Assembly: GCF_006345805.1 (NCBI RefSeq)
Contig: NC_042997.1
Coordinates: forward strand, 59,086,001 to 59,150,000
Direction: 5' to 3'
DNA from: Octopus sinensis
Taxonomy: Eukaryota
Length of the DNA: 64,000 bases
Made by a program: the position numbers and the translations under genes. The notes under the pieces are model-generated. The model was not told where the DNA came from and searched no databases. It saw only the letters and a program-made list of their open reading frames with translations. Positions within the stretch are counted from its first letter, which is position 1; the number at the start of each line of letters is the position of its first letter. Positions 38,073-51,610 of this stretch are shown here, piece by piece.

Positions 38073-39901
38073 TCATGTATGTATTTGTGTGTCTGTGTTT
38101 GTCCCCCCACTATTGCTTGACAACCGATGTTGGTGTGTTTATGTCCCCATAACTTAGCAGTTCAGCAAAAGAGACCAATAAAATAAGTATTAGTCTTACA
38201 AAGAATAAGTCCTGGAGTTGATTTGTTAGCATGGTAGCAGTCAAATGACTGACACAAATAAAAGAATATATATATATACACACGCACACAAACACACACA
38301 CACATAACTTGTTACTGAGGTTTCAAGCCCATGGTTTCTTGTTATTTTGTTTGATGTTTCTTTGAAAGATGCATACACTTCGTCTGTGATATCTGTCACA
38401 AAGTGGAACAAGGGAGCAAAAACTATATGTACTTCAAACTTTCATGTTAGCTCTTTATTGGCAATTTTGTTCACATATAATTTTGGTGCCTTGTGCCAAA
38501 AAAGCAGTGTAATTACAAATTTTGTTCTTTTAGCTGCTGCCAAAACAGCAGCCAAAAAAGAACAAAAGTGTACAAGACAAAATAGAACAACTCAATGATA
38601 ACTCCAAAAACAATAGTCACAACTTTTTCAATTCAGTCCATGAAGTGGGGGAAAAGAGCAGAAAAACATACAATGCAACCAAAGATTAAGAAAGTAACAT
38701 ATATACAAGCATAGCTGAAGTACTTCACTGTTGGAAAGATCATTTTGAACAACACTAAATTTCCAAACAACCTGAAGGTAATTTCAGAAATCTTGTTTGA
38801 TCCATATAATATGGAATTCATATACTTATTCTATCAGTATCTTTTGCTGAACCACTATATTACAGGGACGTAAACACACCAACACTGACTGTCAAGTAGG
38901 AGACACACACATACATATATGACAGGCTTCTTTCAGTTTCTGTCTATCAAACCTACACACAAGGCTTTGGTCAGCCCGAGGCTATAGTAGAAGACACTTG
39001 CCCAAGATGCCATGCTGTGGGACTAAACCTGAAACCATGTGGTTGGGATGCAAGATTCTTACCACATACCACACCTAGGAAAAGTAATAGAAAGAATAAA
39101 AAACTATAAAGTCTTCCTGATATAGATGCCTTTACAGCTAAGTATCAAAAGGAGGTGACTATCTCATTTTCATTTATTATAGATATAATAAGAGATTATA
39201 TTCAGCATAATAAGGAAAACAGTTAAAAACATTCTAAAACTGGGCTGATATACTGATTAATATGAATGTATAAAAGGAACCACTAGGAAATTATAGGGGC
39301 TATCTCTCTTATCAATACCAGGAAATTTTTTTTTTGTAGAATTCTCTTTGACATAATGAAATGTAAAGCCAAAGAAGCAAACAAGAGTAAGTTTGGTTCA
39401 AGACCTAGGCACGGCTGGTGCCATCATTCAAGTCAGGCAGATACTTGAAACAGCAGAAAAAACAAGAGTCCTTGCACTTCCTGAACTTTAAAAAGCTGCC
39501 TTCAACACAAGCTGACTGAAGGATCTATTGAAAATGTGATAGCAATTATTGACTACTCCAGGACAGTAGAGGCAAGGTGACAGATAGGTTTGATCTACAA
39601 CTGGGTCTAAACTTGGTTGCTATCCCGCAACTCTTTACATCAATCTTCCTGGAATTTGTAATTAACTGCCTCTAATGAATATCCAAGATATCTGTCAAAC
39701 TAAACTGTCATAATCACCATCATTTAATGTGTTTTCCAAGCTGGCACAGGTTGAACTGTTTGAGAGGAGCTGGCTAGGCAGATGATTGCACCAGGCTTTA
39801 CTATCTGTTTTGGCATGGTTTTTACTGCTGGATGCCCATTCCTAACACCAACTACCTTACAGAGTGAACTGAGTGCTTTTTATGTGGCACCAGCACTGGT
39901 A

Positions 39902-40259
39902 TCTCTCTCTATATAAATGGCAAAATGTCTGCGTGCATGTCCTTTATACAATTCCACAATTTTTCAGTTAGAGGGCTCGCACTTTCTATGGTCATTTAAA
40001 ACTGTCCAAGGGTGGTCGTGCACATCTTTACATTTCCCCAGTCACCCCGCAAAGCCATTAAAAAATCAATAGAAGTGACTTTTTTGTGAATTTTCTATCC
40101 AAAACCCAATCAAAATGCCCGAAATTTGATACGCCAATTGAATGCCAGCTAGCTATATGTGATTGGTCGGAGATTTTGGACAGTACTCACGTGTATGTGC
40201 GCACGCACGCACGCAACTGTACATGCATGCACTAGCATTATGACCCGGCATAGTACTAG
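39902..40259 (+). mobile_element. Non-autonomous Helitron-like element
   Basis: A|TCTCTCTCTATATAAATGG start and GACCCGGCATAGTACTAG|T end. Confidence 0.65.
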
Positions 40260-41106
40260 TATCCAATAAATAGTTAGATGAAGCATGTACAGAAAGGAGT
40301 ATAGTACAAACTGTACTATCCTGTCACTTAGCAAGGAAATTACCATAATGGATCTGAGGGTTTGTATTCTTCAGCAGCATAGCACCAAATGGAGCAGAAA
40401 ATGTAGTATGGCAGGCCTCACAAGCACTGACAACATTTGGAATGGATGAGACATCAACTAGCTGTGTATAATGTCCATCTTTTCTTTAAGTCTAAAACAA
40501 GTGAAGAATTTTTTCCATAAGAAAAGCTCTTCACATGACATATACCATAACCAAATTAACAAGGTGAAGTTTCAAATAATTCAGCCTTGTAATGACAAGG
40601 TTGTTCAATAATTATGTTGTACTGGTTCTCTGAAATCTGTGAAGACAGGAGTTACGACTTGTAACAATGGAGTAAAGCATCTAATCAAAGGCGAGAGTGA
40701 AGGATCAAAGAAGATCGAGTAAAGACAGACAGACATATAGATAGAGGATAAACAGATAGACAGACAGATGGACAGATGTGACAAATAGAGAATTAGATAG
40801 ACAGATGTGTACATAGATAAATAAACATAGAGATAGATTGACAGACATCTCCATCAGATTCGTTGAACTAGGGCGTAAGAAGCTGAGCGTTTACAAACAC
40901 GTGTTCCTTCAATGCAACCCATAGGTATAATTAGTGTGACATGCAGTATCTGTGAAATACAAATACAATCCATCCGATAGGCTTCCATACAGTTTCCTTC
41001 TCTATTTCCTTCACAAAGTAATCTAGGACAATGGTAAAAGACATCGAACCAGAGAACTACCTAATCCTTGCAAAGCGAACTTGTTAACCACTCGATTATA
41101 TATATA

Positions 41107-41489
41107 GGGGCAGGAGTGGCTGTGTGGTAAGTAGCTTGCTTACGAACCACATGGCTCTGGGTTTAGTCCCACTGCGTGGCACCTTGGGCAAGTGTCTTCT
41201 ACTATAGCCTTGGGCCGACCAAAGCCTTGTGAGTGGGTTTGATAGACGGAAACTGAAAGAAGACCGTCGTATATATGTATGTGTGTGTGTGTGTGTGTTG
41301 TCACCCCCCCCCCCCCCAGCATCGCTTGGCAACCGATGCTGGTGTGCTTACGTCCCCGTAACTTAGCGATTCGGGGAAAAGAGACCGATAGAATAAGTAC
41401 TAGGCTTACAAAGAATAAGTCCTGGGTGTCGATTTGCTCGACTAAAGGCGGTGCTCCAGCATGGCTGCAGTCAAATGACTGAAACAAGA

Positions 41490-41490
<1 letters not shown>
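41107..41490 (+). mobile_element. Full-length tRNA-derived CORE-like SINE with intact CpGs
   Basis: A-box TGGCTGTGTGG, B-box-like GGTTTAGTCCC, CORE-like CCTTGGGCAAGT, (TG)n middle, 3' GCAGTCAAATGACTGAAACAAG. Other copies include 37881-38270, 52705-53090 (+) and 13200-13550, 17236-17640, 38820-39070, 53360-53775 (-). Confidence 0.9.
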
Positions 41491-41533
<43 letters not shown>

Positions 41534-42749
41534 ATATATATATATATATATATATATACTCTTTATATATATGAGAGAGAGAATGTGTATATACACACAC
41601 TCGTGCATACGTGTGTTTATAGGGGATGTACAATTGATAAATAATTAATTTCCTTCAAATTTTCATGTAGCTATATGTTCTAAAGTTTTACAAGCTAAAC
41701 TGAAATAAAATTATGATTATTCTTCCTGATAGCTTAACTTTATTGATCAACTAAGTAACCTAGAAAATCTTTCTGAAACGACCCTAGTAACATAAATACA
41801 GAAAAAGCACCTTCGATTGAAAACAATGTAAAAGCGACTGTAGCCAATTCTGAAAAAAATTATTTTAATTTGTATTTAATTCTATAGTTTCAGAAAATAA
41901 TATGCCAGTAAATTCTTTTCAACAAATTATCAAACGTCTAGGCTTCAGAAATTAAGGAGAAATGACTAAGGTTAACGACTTCGATATAAAACAAAAACAA
42001 AGTCGAGGATAATAGAAGAAATGTAAATTTTCTCTACTCCCTCGGATTAGTTGTGATTTTTCTATTTTCATCCTAACTTTTGGTATATAATTTCAATAGA
42101 AATAAAACTATAATAGATATATTTATAAGTTCAACACATTTAAACAACTTTTCCACTCTGAATTATAATTATTATTACTCTATAAACTTTCGCAGCCTCA
42201 TCATTTTGTTATGGAGTGAGAGATGTTTCATTTCATATTAAATGTACGTTTTTTGCTCCTTTTTGCACATAAGAAACAGCGGAAGAGAAATACTTTATGG
42301 GTATCACGAGATACTAATAGATACACACACAAAACAAATAATAGTATTTAGAGTTTGATAAAAAAAAAAAGTGTAATCTTTTAGAAGTGAAATTTTTGAA
42401 AATGATAATTTCTGCTTAACGACTAAGCTACGGCCAGTTAACGGGCATGAAGCAGGTTAAATTTGATTTTTAAATCCCGCTGGATCATTATACTTCTCGG
42501 ATATCAATAAAATAAATACCAATAATATGCAGAGTAAAATTCTATCAAGTATATTCTGCAAATATTATAGCTGTACCGAGACAAAAAATACATCTTTATG
42601 TCATTTGCAATATATTTGAGGATGTTCTTCACTACCTGGATGTGGTGGTGCTGGGGGACTATTGGTCCTTTTTCATGTATTTTGGTCTTTTATATATATA
42701 TATATATAAGAATGATAATGGGGATAAGAAATAAACTATATGTGCTTAC

Positions 42750-43327
42750 CTGCTAGCATTATCGTTATCCACAGAAGATTCTCCTGCATATAGTTGTTTC
42801 GGTTGAATAGAGCTCGCTCCCTGAGCTGATATGTTTCGATGGTTTGGTAAAATTGGTGTTGATGATGGTAAGTTGTAGTCCAAGCCATGCTTCTCAACAG
42901 TGTCGCTGACAACAGAAGTTACACTGTTGATGTTGTCATTGTTATTGTTGTCGTTGTTGAAACTATTATTATTTCTTTGGAAACTTCGTGAGGTTTGTAT
43001 CTGACCCATTGTGGAACTTGGACAGCTTCTATTATCGCTGTCACTGCTCGGACTGCCGACGATATTGTTATTAGCAGAGTTATTATTCGAAGTGTCGGTG
43101 TTAAGTATGGCGACGACACTGTCGCCAGTCTGTAAGTCTGTGGGACTGTGGTCGGTAAACTCTTCACAACAAGCAGCAGCTGCAGCCGGGGAACAAATTG
43201 GTAAAACCGTTGACTTGTACACACTCATAGCACCAACGCCAAGAGAGGTGTAAGGAGGGATCGAGACTACGTTCGAGTCTCTGTAGCGATTCTTAAACGA
43301 CGAAAATTGATCAGCAAATGACTTCAT
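42750..43327 (-). CDS. First coding exon of a large minus-strand gene; Asn/Ser-rich low-complexity N-terminus (192 codons + 2 nt, phase 2)
   Basis: 193-aa ORF (MKSFADQFSSFKNRY...DNDNAS) in non-repetitive, CpG-retaining sequence. An in-frame TGA lies three codons upstream of the ATG. The ORF runs into a consensus donor, CAG|GTAAGC, at 42749. Confidence 0.75.
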
Positions 43328-44120
43328 ATTTGGTCAGAGAGGACAAGATGGTCCTCCCACTTGATTATCGTAACTTCAGGCTCGATATATTAGAAGCTCG
43401 TTACAATCTCTTTTGTCGAGGTGAGGTGTTGATAATGGTTGTTTGACGTGGAGCCTGGACAACGCTAGTCACTTATCAACTATCAGTAAACGTGCCTACT
43501 GATTATATATAAAGAACACATGTACTATACTGGTAGTTTTGGCCTCAGTAAGTTTTTTGTGTGAGTGTGTGAGCTGTTTATTACACTGTTTTCAAACTTT
43601 CATACCGTCTACATACGGTCATAACCTCCATCAAACCAACGAACCAAAACTTTGTTATGATCGTGTGGTAATCATTTGACTAAGTTCATGCCTTGGGTGT
43701 AACCTACGGACCGTGATGACTATTAACCAATTAATTATGGTGTTGCTGTAATAGTACTAGTGTTCACTGATTGTTTACAAGCTAGACGTTGTTTGTTGTC
43801 TATGAATAGTGCTGGCCACCGCCCAGCGATCTGTGGAAATTCAGGTGATAGTGAAAATAATGCGTAACCAACACTTGTTAAAGTTTGCATTACAACATGA
43901 AGCCTTCATCTTCCTGTGGAGTCAATGTGTTTGTTTATCTCTTGTTTTATTTCATCCTGTGGTTCTTTTAATATTGTTTTCTAGGGCTAAAATAAAAACT
44001 TGAATGATAGCTGGAAGTCGAACCTACAATAATTATGATGTAAAAATACTTGTATTATTGACGATCGTCGTCTGGCACTGAAAAGTAGTGTTTGCCTAGG
44101 TCACGTGATACAACAGAGCC
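43328..44120. promoter_or_regulatory. Putative promoter / 5'UTR region, locally CpG-retaining
   Basis: Unique sequence with many more CpGs than the surrounding introns, directly upstream of the ATG. TATA-like TTATATATAAA at ~43503-43513 and TGACGT (CRE-like half site) at ~43445. Confidence 0.45.
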
Positions 44121-44361
44121 ATGCTGGTGTGTGTGTGTGTGTGCTTGTCCTTCACCTGGGTATGTGTATGCTATGATAAAAATAGCTGTTTGTGTCAATC
44201 AATAACTATATACGGATGAGTGTATGTGTATACTTGAATGTGTGCGCGGGCGCGCGCTGTATGTTTGCGGGTATGTGAGCGTGTGTGTATGTATGTACGT
44301 GCGTACGTGTGTTATGAAAGTTTTTTTTGTCAATCAATACCTATATACATATGAATATGTG

Positions 44362-44414
<53 letters not shown>

Positions 44415-44751
44415 ATAAGTATATATATATATATATATATGCATGAGTGTGTGTGTGTAGCTATAAAACTGTCCACCTAGATGTGTCTGTGTCTAGGTAG
44501 ATGAGTCTTTACATTTGTGTGCAATAATTGGCCTGGTGTGAGTAAGCTGGATAATTGTTTCCCCGTGTATAGTTATTTAGAATTATAGGCTAAGTACACT
44601 ACTTTGCGTGTATTACTAATATACTGTGAATAGATGTATTAGGATGAGTTAAATTGATGTGTATGGATGGAAGGTGTTTTTTTAACATTTAACTATCTGT
44701 AGATAGTAATATATCTTGTGTAGAATAGTTTATACAAACTGGAGAAACAGA

Positions 44752-44835
<84 letters not shown>

Positions 44836-45000
44836 TTATATGTTTGTATTTATACTTATTTATATCTAAACATATCATCATCATCATATGTATATGTAAA
44901 TATTTATCTATATGAATATATATATCATGTGTGTATATGTGTGCATATATATATATATAATATATATATATATATACATATATGTGTGTGTGTGTGTAAT

Positions 45001-45054
<54 letters not shown>

Positions 45055-45389
45055 TATAATATTGTCCCCTCTGTGTTCGACCCTGTGTGACTAATAAAGA
45101 AACATATCTATATGAATATTTATATAGTCTATGAATAAAGAAGTCAATGTGCTCAAAAGAGAAAAGTTTTAACAAACGTTGAATTGGCTCAACACTTAAA
45201 AAGAAAAGAGTCATGAAATTTCAGATCTTCATCAGAAGAAAGAATAAAATAAAAGAGAATGAATAAGAAAAAGTGATTAGAGGGGGAAAAAAACTGAAGG
45301 AGTTAGGTGGAAATGTGGTTTTTGGGGTAGAGTTAGGGAGAGAGAATGAGGCAGGGTGGTGTGTGCATAAATAAGAAGAAATCTGTGTA

Positions 45390-47320
45390 CAGAGATGGCA
45401 ACAGAGAGAGGTGTGTGGTGGTATGCAGTAGACTTTGTGTGTGGCAGATGTTCAGATACAATAACCATTAAGAGTATACAGGAAATAGATTTCCCCAAAT
45501 GTCCAGAGAGATCCTTAGAGGGAGTAGATTGTTTTTATTACCTGGGAGACCAAAATAGCAATGAAAATTACTCTTAAAGTATAGTTGCTAGAATATGAAC
45601 CAGCTGGGCAAAGTTCAGAGAACAATTATCTTTATTAGTAATAAAGGGCCTCTCCCTCAGATTGAAAGGCAGACTGTATGGTACCTGTGTACATATAGCT
45701 ATGTTACATGGTAATGAAGCATGAGCTGTGATTGCAAAGGACATGCAAAGGCTTCAAACAATATATATATGAAGCCAGCATGCTCTGCTGGATGTACATG
45801 TCAGTGTGCATGCACAACAATGTGTAAATATTTAGAGAGAAAAATTAAGTATAAGAAAGTATAATTATATAAGTATAAATTAAGGATAAATATAAATAAG
45901 TATAAATTAAGTATAAGAAAGTATAATTAAGTATAGGCGCAGGAGTGGCTGTGTGGTAAGTAGTTTGCTTACCAACCACATGGTTCTGGGTTCAGTCCCA
46001 CTGCATGGCACCTTGAAAAAGTGTCTTCTACTATAGCCTCGGGCCGACCAAAACCTTGTGAGTGGATTTGGTAGATGGAAACTGAAAGAAGCCCGTCGTA
46101 TATATGTATAAATTATAAATATATGTATATGTTTGTGTGTCTGTGTTTGTCCCCCCAACATTGCTTGACAACCGATGGTGGTGTGTTTACGTCCCCGTAA
46201 CTTAGCGGTTCGTAGGCTTCCAAAGAATAAGTTCTGGAGTCGATTTGCTCAACTAAAGGCGGTGCCCCAGCATGGCTGCAATCAAATGACTGAAACATGT
46301 AAAAGAGTAAAGAGTAAGAGTATAAGAGGTATTGGTTGTGTGTGCAAGAGAGAAGTCTGTGCTGGCATGGAGATGAAATGTGTGTGGCTGAGGACAGCTG
46401 CATAAAGAAGTGTCAGTCTCTAAATCTCTAAATATGGAAGGAACCTGTGGAAGAGGAAGGTTCAGGAAGATATGGGATGAAAGGGTGAGAAATTATCTTC
46501 AGATGTTGTACTTCACAGAAGAGATGGCAAAGGACTGAGACAATTGGTGATTTGTTGTACCTGAGAAAACCTTCCCAGCAAAGTAAAATCCATGTTTGTG
46601 TCCCCCCTCCCAACCTACCACTGTTTCTCTCTCTTCCCCTCCCCCAACCCTCCTTTCTCTCCCACATACCTATCTGCACACAATTATGTCCCTGTCAAAT
46701 CCACAACATATCCTAATACCCACTCTCTCTACCAGTGTCCACTCATTACATCCCTGCACCACTAGCTCCTACTCCCCTGTCAAAATTTTGTGAACTCACC
46801 CACCCATTTACCCTCTCCAATTCTCAGTCCACCTCACTATATACACCACTCAATAACTTGGATGTACACCCCCAGCCTTCCCTTATCTTCATCTTTCTCT
46901 ACTTTCTCTCTTTCTTTCTCTCTCTTTCTTTCTTTCTCTCTTTTTTCTCTCTTTCTCTTTCTATTGCTTTCTCTCTCTCCCTCTCTCTCCCTCTCACTCT
47001 CTCTCTCCCCGTCTCTCTCTGAGGTACCAATGTTTCTCTTCTAATGCATGACATCTCTCTGTCCTTCAATATTACTCGCTCTAGTTTAAGAGTCTTGTCC
47101 TGCAAGTTACTTGGTGACCTTACTGCTGCTGGTGCCATGTAAAAAGCACCCAGTACACTCTGTAAAATGGATGATGTTAGGAACAACAGCATCTACCTAT
47201 AGAAAACCATGTCAGAACAGACAACACAGGTTGGTGCCAACTTCTGACTTGTCAGTTGCTAGCAAACCTTCCTAACCATGCCAGTATGGAAAACAGACAT
47301 TAAATGATGATGATGATAAT
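45390..47320 (+). mobile_element. RTE LINE fragment (RT C-terminus, CT-rich UTR, terminal module) interrupted by a CORE-like SINE at 45934-46320
   Basis: SLEGVDCFYYLGDQ and KGLSLRLKGRLYGTCV-like coding remnants resume after the SINE (AGTATAAGAG on both sides). The element ends CATTAAATGATGATG. Confidence 0.75.
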
Positions 47321-47666
47321 GATATTTGTACATATATATGTATAGGTGCAGGCATGGCTGTATGGTAAGAAGCTTGCTCCACAACCACATGGTTCTGGGT
47401 TCAGGCCCACTGTGTGGCACCTTGAAAAAGTGTCTTCTACTATAGCCTTGGGTTGACCAAAGCCTTGTGAGTGGATTTGAGAGAAGGAAACTGAAAAAAG
47501 CCCATCGTATATATATATATATATAAGATCGTGACGCATATTTGCCATTTGAATATGGCTAACTCCTAAGGGTGGATGCTACTGTAGTTTGTAGCCCCAG
47601 GAAGATATCTCCTCCAGCTGGCTATAGACACACTATCTGTGTCCTCTCAGTATTTGTGAAGGGGAG

Positions 47667-47706
<40 letters not shown>

Positions 47707-50700
47707 ATGTGTATGTATGCATGTATATATCTATGAATGTGTGTCTGTATTTGTCCCCACCTCCACCACTTGACAACTGGTGGTGATGTGTTTATGTCCC
47801 CGTAACTTAGCAGTTCAGCAAAATAGATAGATAGAATAAATACCAGGCTTAAAAAAAGATAGTACTGGGGTCAAAACATTCGACTATAAATTCTTCATGG
47901 CGGTGCCCTAGCATGACCACAGTCTAATGACTGAAACAAGTAAAAGATAAACAATAAAAGAGATGTATGTATATACACATAATATATGTATATATATATA
48001 TATAATATATATGAATGCATGTATATATTATATATGTGTGTGTTTGTATATATATAAAGAGAGCAGAAAGCTGGCAGAATCATTACTGCATTGGATGAAA
48101 GGCTTAGCATCATATTTCTTCCAACATTATGTTCTGAGTCCTTGTGCTGCCATGGTTAACTTTATCTTTCATCCTTTCAGGGTCCGTAAAATAAGTATCA
48201 GTTGAGCACTGGGGCTGATGTAATCTACTTACCCACTCCCCTGAAATTGCTGGCCTTGTGCCAAAATTTGAAACTAATATGTGTGTGTGTATCTATGTAT
48301 GTATATATGTATGTATTTATGTATGTATATATATTATGTATATGTGCAGATTTGATATGTATATATTTATATATATATATCTATGTACGTAAATATGCAT
48401 GTGTGTATGTATGTATAGTGCACACGTGTCTGTATTGATGAGTATATGTAAAAACACATCTGTGAGTTTGTAGATAACTTTGTCTCTTCCTCTATCTCAC
48501 ACAAATGTCTTTACTCTCCTTATTTGTGTATTGTGTAATTAGGTTTAATTATAGCTTTGTTATTATTTATTCCTACTATAAGGTACGAGTGAATGGAGCA
48601 TTTGAGATTTGTGTCCTTTGCAAAGAGGTGAGAGGGGGAATACATGCCTTCAAGGTTTGGAGAAAACAAAGTCACTGAATTTCTCTATGTCGGTGCCAGT
48701 AGAGCAATGGTATTCTTGAAGGCCATTATTCTAGAAGTAAATACTTGGATGTAGTGTGTAGTATGGGATTTGTTGAATGAGATACATAAAGGATGATAAC
48801 AGGACAAGCGGATGTATCAGGTCATAGTTCAAAGGGTCAATTATGGGAGACATAAAGTAAAAAGTTTCTAGTGCATTAGTGAGTGAACCTTAGACAATAT
48901 GCCTGAACGCTAATGTTTTTGTTTTTCTCAAATGGTCCAGAATGTTTATTTATGTAGTAGCTGCTTTGTCCTACAAATGTGAATAGTATCGAGTGCAATT
49001 GTTACCCTCAAAAAGAAAAAAATATCAGTGAAACTTTTAGCACCCTTCCCCTTTATTAATTATTTCTAATTTAGGCACAAGGTTAGCAATTTTGATGAGG
49101 TAGGTTAGTCAATAACACTGACTCCATTACTTGGCTGGTACTTTAAGGATGACAGGTAGAGCTGACCTCAGCAAAATTGATCTCAGAAAATAAAGAAGTG
49201 GGGTAGATATACTCCCTTTAGAAATATATACCCCTTTTAGAAAAGAAACATAGTCACTTTAGAGAGAAATATATCCTCTTTAGAGAAAAAATATACCACT
49301 TTTAGAAAATACAAAGTGAACTTACATCCATATAATTGTTGTCTTCATCAAGCTATTAGACAAGTTTAAAAATCATCTTAATTTTATAAACATGGCAATT
49401 TGTCTGCCCAAGGAGCCTTATGAAAAACATTACTCTAATGTACATCACACTTGTACTTTGTATAACATTAACAGCTTTTCAGAAACTGAAATAGTTTTGG
49501 ACACTGAAATGGAAGTTAAACCTTTGTAATGCAATTTTGACTAGGTTATAGAGCCTTTATTCTTGAAAGTTATGCATGTTTAATATAGGGTGCATTGTTT
49601 ATGTGTGAATAGCATCTGTGTGCAAAAAATTATCAACAAATACAGGGGGTGGTAACCTTTATTCAGGTGTATGTTCAACTGAGAGCAGCATTAAATAAGA
49701 CATTTATATAGAGTAGTAAGAAAGTTGAGAACAAGCTCTACGACATACCAAAGAAGAAAAAAATAAGCAACAAATCTGGTAGCTTTATCGACAAGGGGGT
49801 GCTTATGAGGGATGAGCAAAAATATTGAATAAAAGGGAAAACAGATTCTGCAAGACCCTTCTTGTGATCATCTTGGCAAAGAAAAAAAAATATGACGGCT
49901 GTTCCAAAGGGCCTGAAAGATGTGTGATGCATGAAGTAAATTTTTGCTTTTCTGGTGATCATCTTGTTAATGACTGTGAAATTTCTTACAACAATATTTT
50001 TAACTTACAGACTTTATCATTCTGCATATGTAAATTTAACCCTTAACACATTATGGCCAAGAACTGTGTTCATGTTATTTTTGCAACAACATTCTTGTGT
50101 CAATCTGTTTCCTGTCTTCCTTTGTCAATCAAAACGAAATTTAAGAATCACTTGAATCCACAAGTAGACCTATAAAGAAAGCTCTCCATTTTGATGAAAG
50201 TCATGAATGGGAGACAAAGAAATTATTGAATTTTATATGAAGTAAAGTGATTGGATTCACTGACTACAGTTTTTCCCCTAATCACTCCATTTGCATAGCA
50301 TGCTTTGAGTCAAACGTTTACATTATTTTAGTTATATTTGTTGTACTTATATTTGGTTCAATTTAAAAGACAGATAAATAAATTAGATATTAGAAAATTG
50401 ACTCAAATCTTCAGATATATAATTATTTTTGTTGTGGTTTCAAAAATTAAGGAAAACCTTTGGTAGTGGAGTAGGACATAGAAAAGGTTGAGCACTACTA
50501 GAGTAGCTAATTGTTTGTAGGTGATGTATATATTAAGTTCACTCATGACAAAAATGATTTCTGAGAGAATCCAACAAACAAGCTTCTATATAGTCACTTA
50601 ACCTGCTAGAAAAAGCAACAAAATCTCCCTTAAATCACACATTTAAAATCATACATCTTAAAAAAGAGGATGTAGGAGATAATGTATATCAAAATTTACT

Positions 50701-51145
50701 TCTAAAATAAACAGGATAGTCACAGAGGCATAGCATGGGATGTATGTGTGTGATGTGCAGACTGCACAAAGTGACCTCTTTATATATGTGTTTAGTGTTG
50801 TCAAAGGTATGTTGTAAGTGTGAAATAGACTTCTTCTTCTAGATGAAGTATACTGGTCTACCACAAGTGTTTTCTTCAACAGGAGGAAACAAATTTAGGT
50901 TTCAGTCAGTTTGTCAGATTCCTATTAAGGCACTTCCCAACTGTTCCTCAATATATATTTTACTTGGTGAAGTTAAGTTCTTGTTGAAGTATATGTTACT
51001 TGTTTCAGTCATGAGACTGTGGCTATGCTGGAGTACCAGCATGAAGAATTTTTAACCGAATGAATTGATAGTGGTACTTTTTTTAGCCTAGTACTTATTC
51101 TATCAGTCTCTTTTGCGAAACCACTAAGTTACGGGAATGTAAGTA

Positions 51146-51610
51146 CTTCCCTGGGCACGGATACATTGAAACTCTGACATCTGGCAACTGACTTGCCAGA
51201 CACCCATAAAATTATTAACTATCTTACATCTTACTAACAATAACTCTGAGCACCTTTTCAAACTCCAACTATCTAACACCCGTGCACATGTTTACAAAGT
51301 TAGAAAACAGCACAGCTCCCATGACTTTTGGAAACATTTTTTCATGCTAAAAGTTGCTGAAGTATGGAACAAACTGCTGGCATCAATTGTTAGTTGTCGG
51401 AGCACTGCATCCTTCAAAACTTCCATGCTTCCTGAGATTCATCAACACTACACCTGATTTTCTCCCCTCCATACACACACAAGCATGTATCTGACTAATA
51501 CACTGTTCACTTTCCAGACATTTATACATTACTGCATACGCTTTATATGCACTTTTGACAAGTTGTGGTGCACCTGAGCACTGTATACAATAATTTCATT
51601 ATTATAATTA
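51146..51610 (+). mobile_element. CR1/L2-group LINE 3' end
   Basis: HVYKVRKQHSSHDFWKHFFMLKVAEVWNKLLASIVSC matches the RGH..K.......R.HFF..RV...WN.LP motif; (ATT)n tail. Confidence 0.75.

Noticed and set aside
40340-40460. Minus open frame LVDVSSIPNVVSACEACHTTFSAPFG with a GTAATT donor
   Set aside because: The acceptor lacks a polypyrimidine tract and the phase is incompatible with exon 1.
41107-41175. tRNA genes
   Set aside because: A/B boxes are present, but these are SINE heads with no cloverleaf and are continuous with the SINE body.
43809-44003. 64-aa plus ORF as a divergent gene
   Set aside because: Starts at GTG, has no recognisable motif, and shows T-rich compositional bias.
49690-50050. 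Possible piggyBac transposase C-terminus
   Set aside because: Only a vague Cys spacing and one TTAACCC end; too decayed to support.
50720-50975. Possible plus-strand exon pair (TAQSDLFIYVFSVVK / GNKFRFQSVCQIPIK)
   Set aside because: Weak acceptors, no recognisable domain, and no supporting neighbouring exons.
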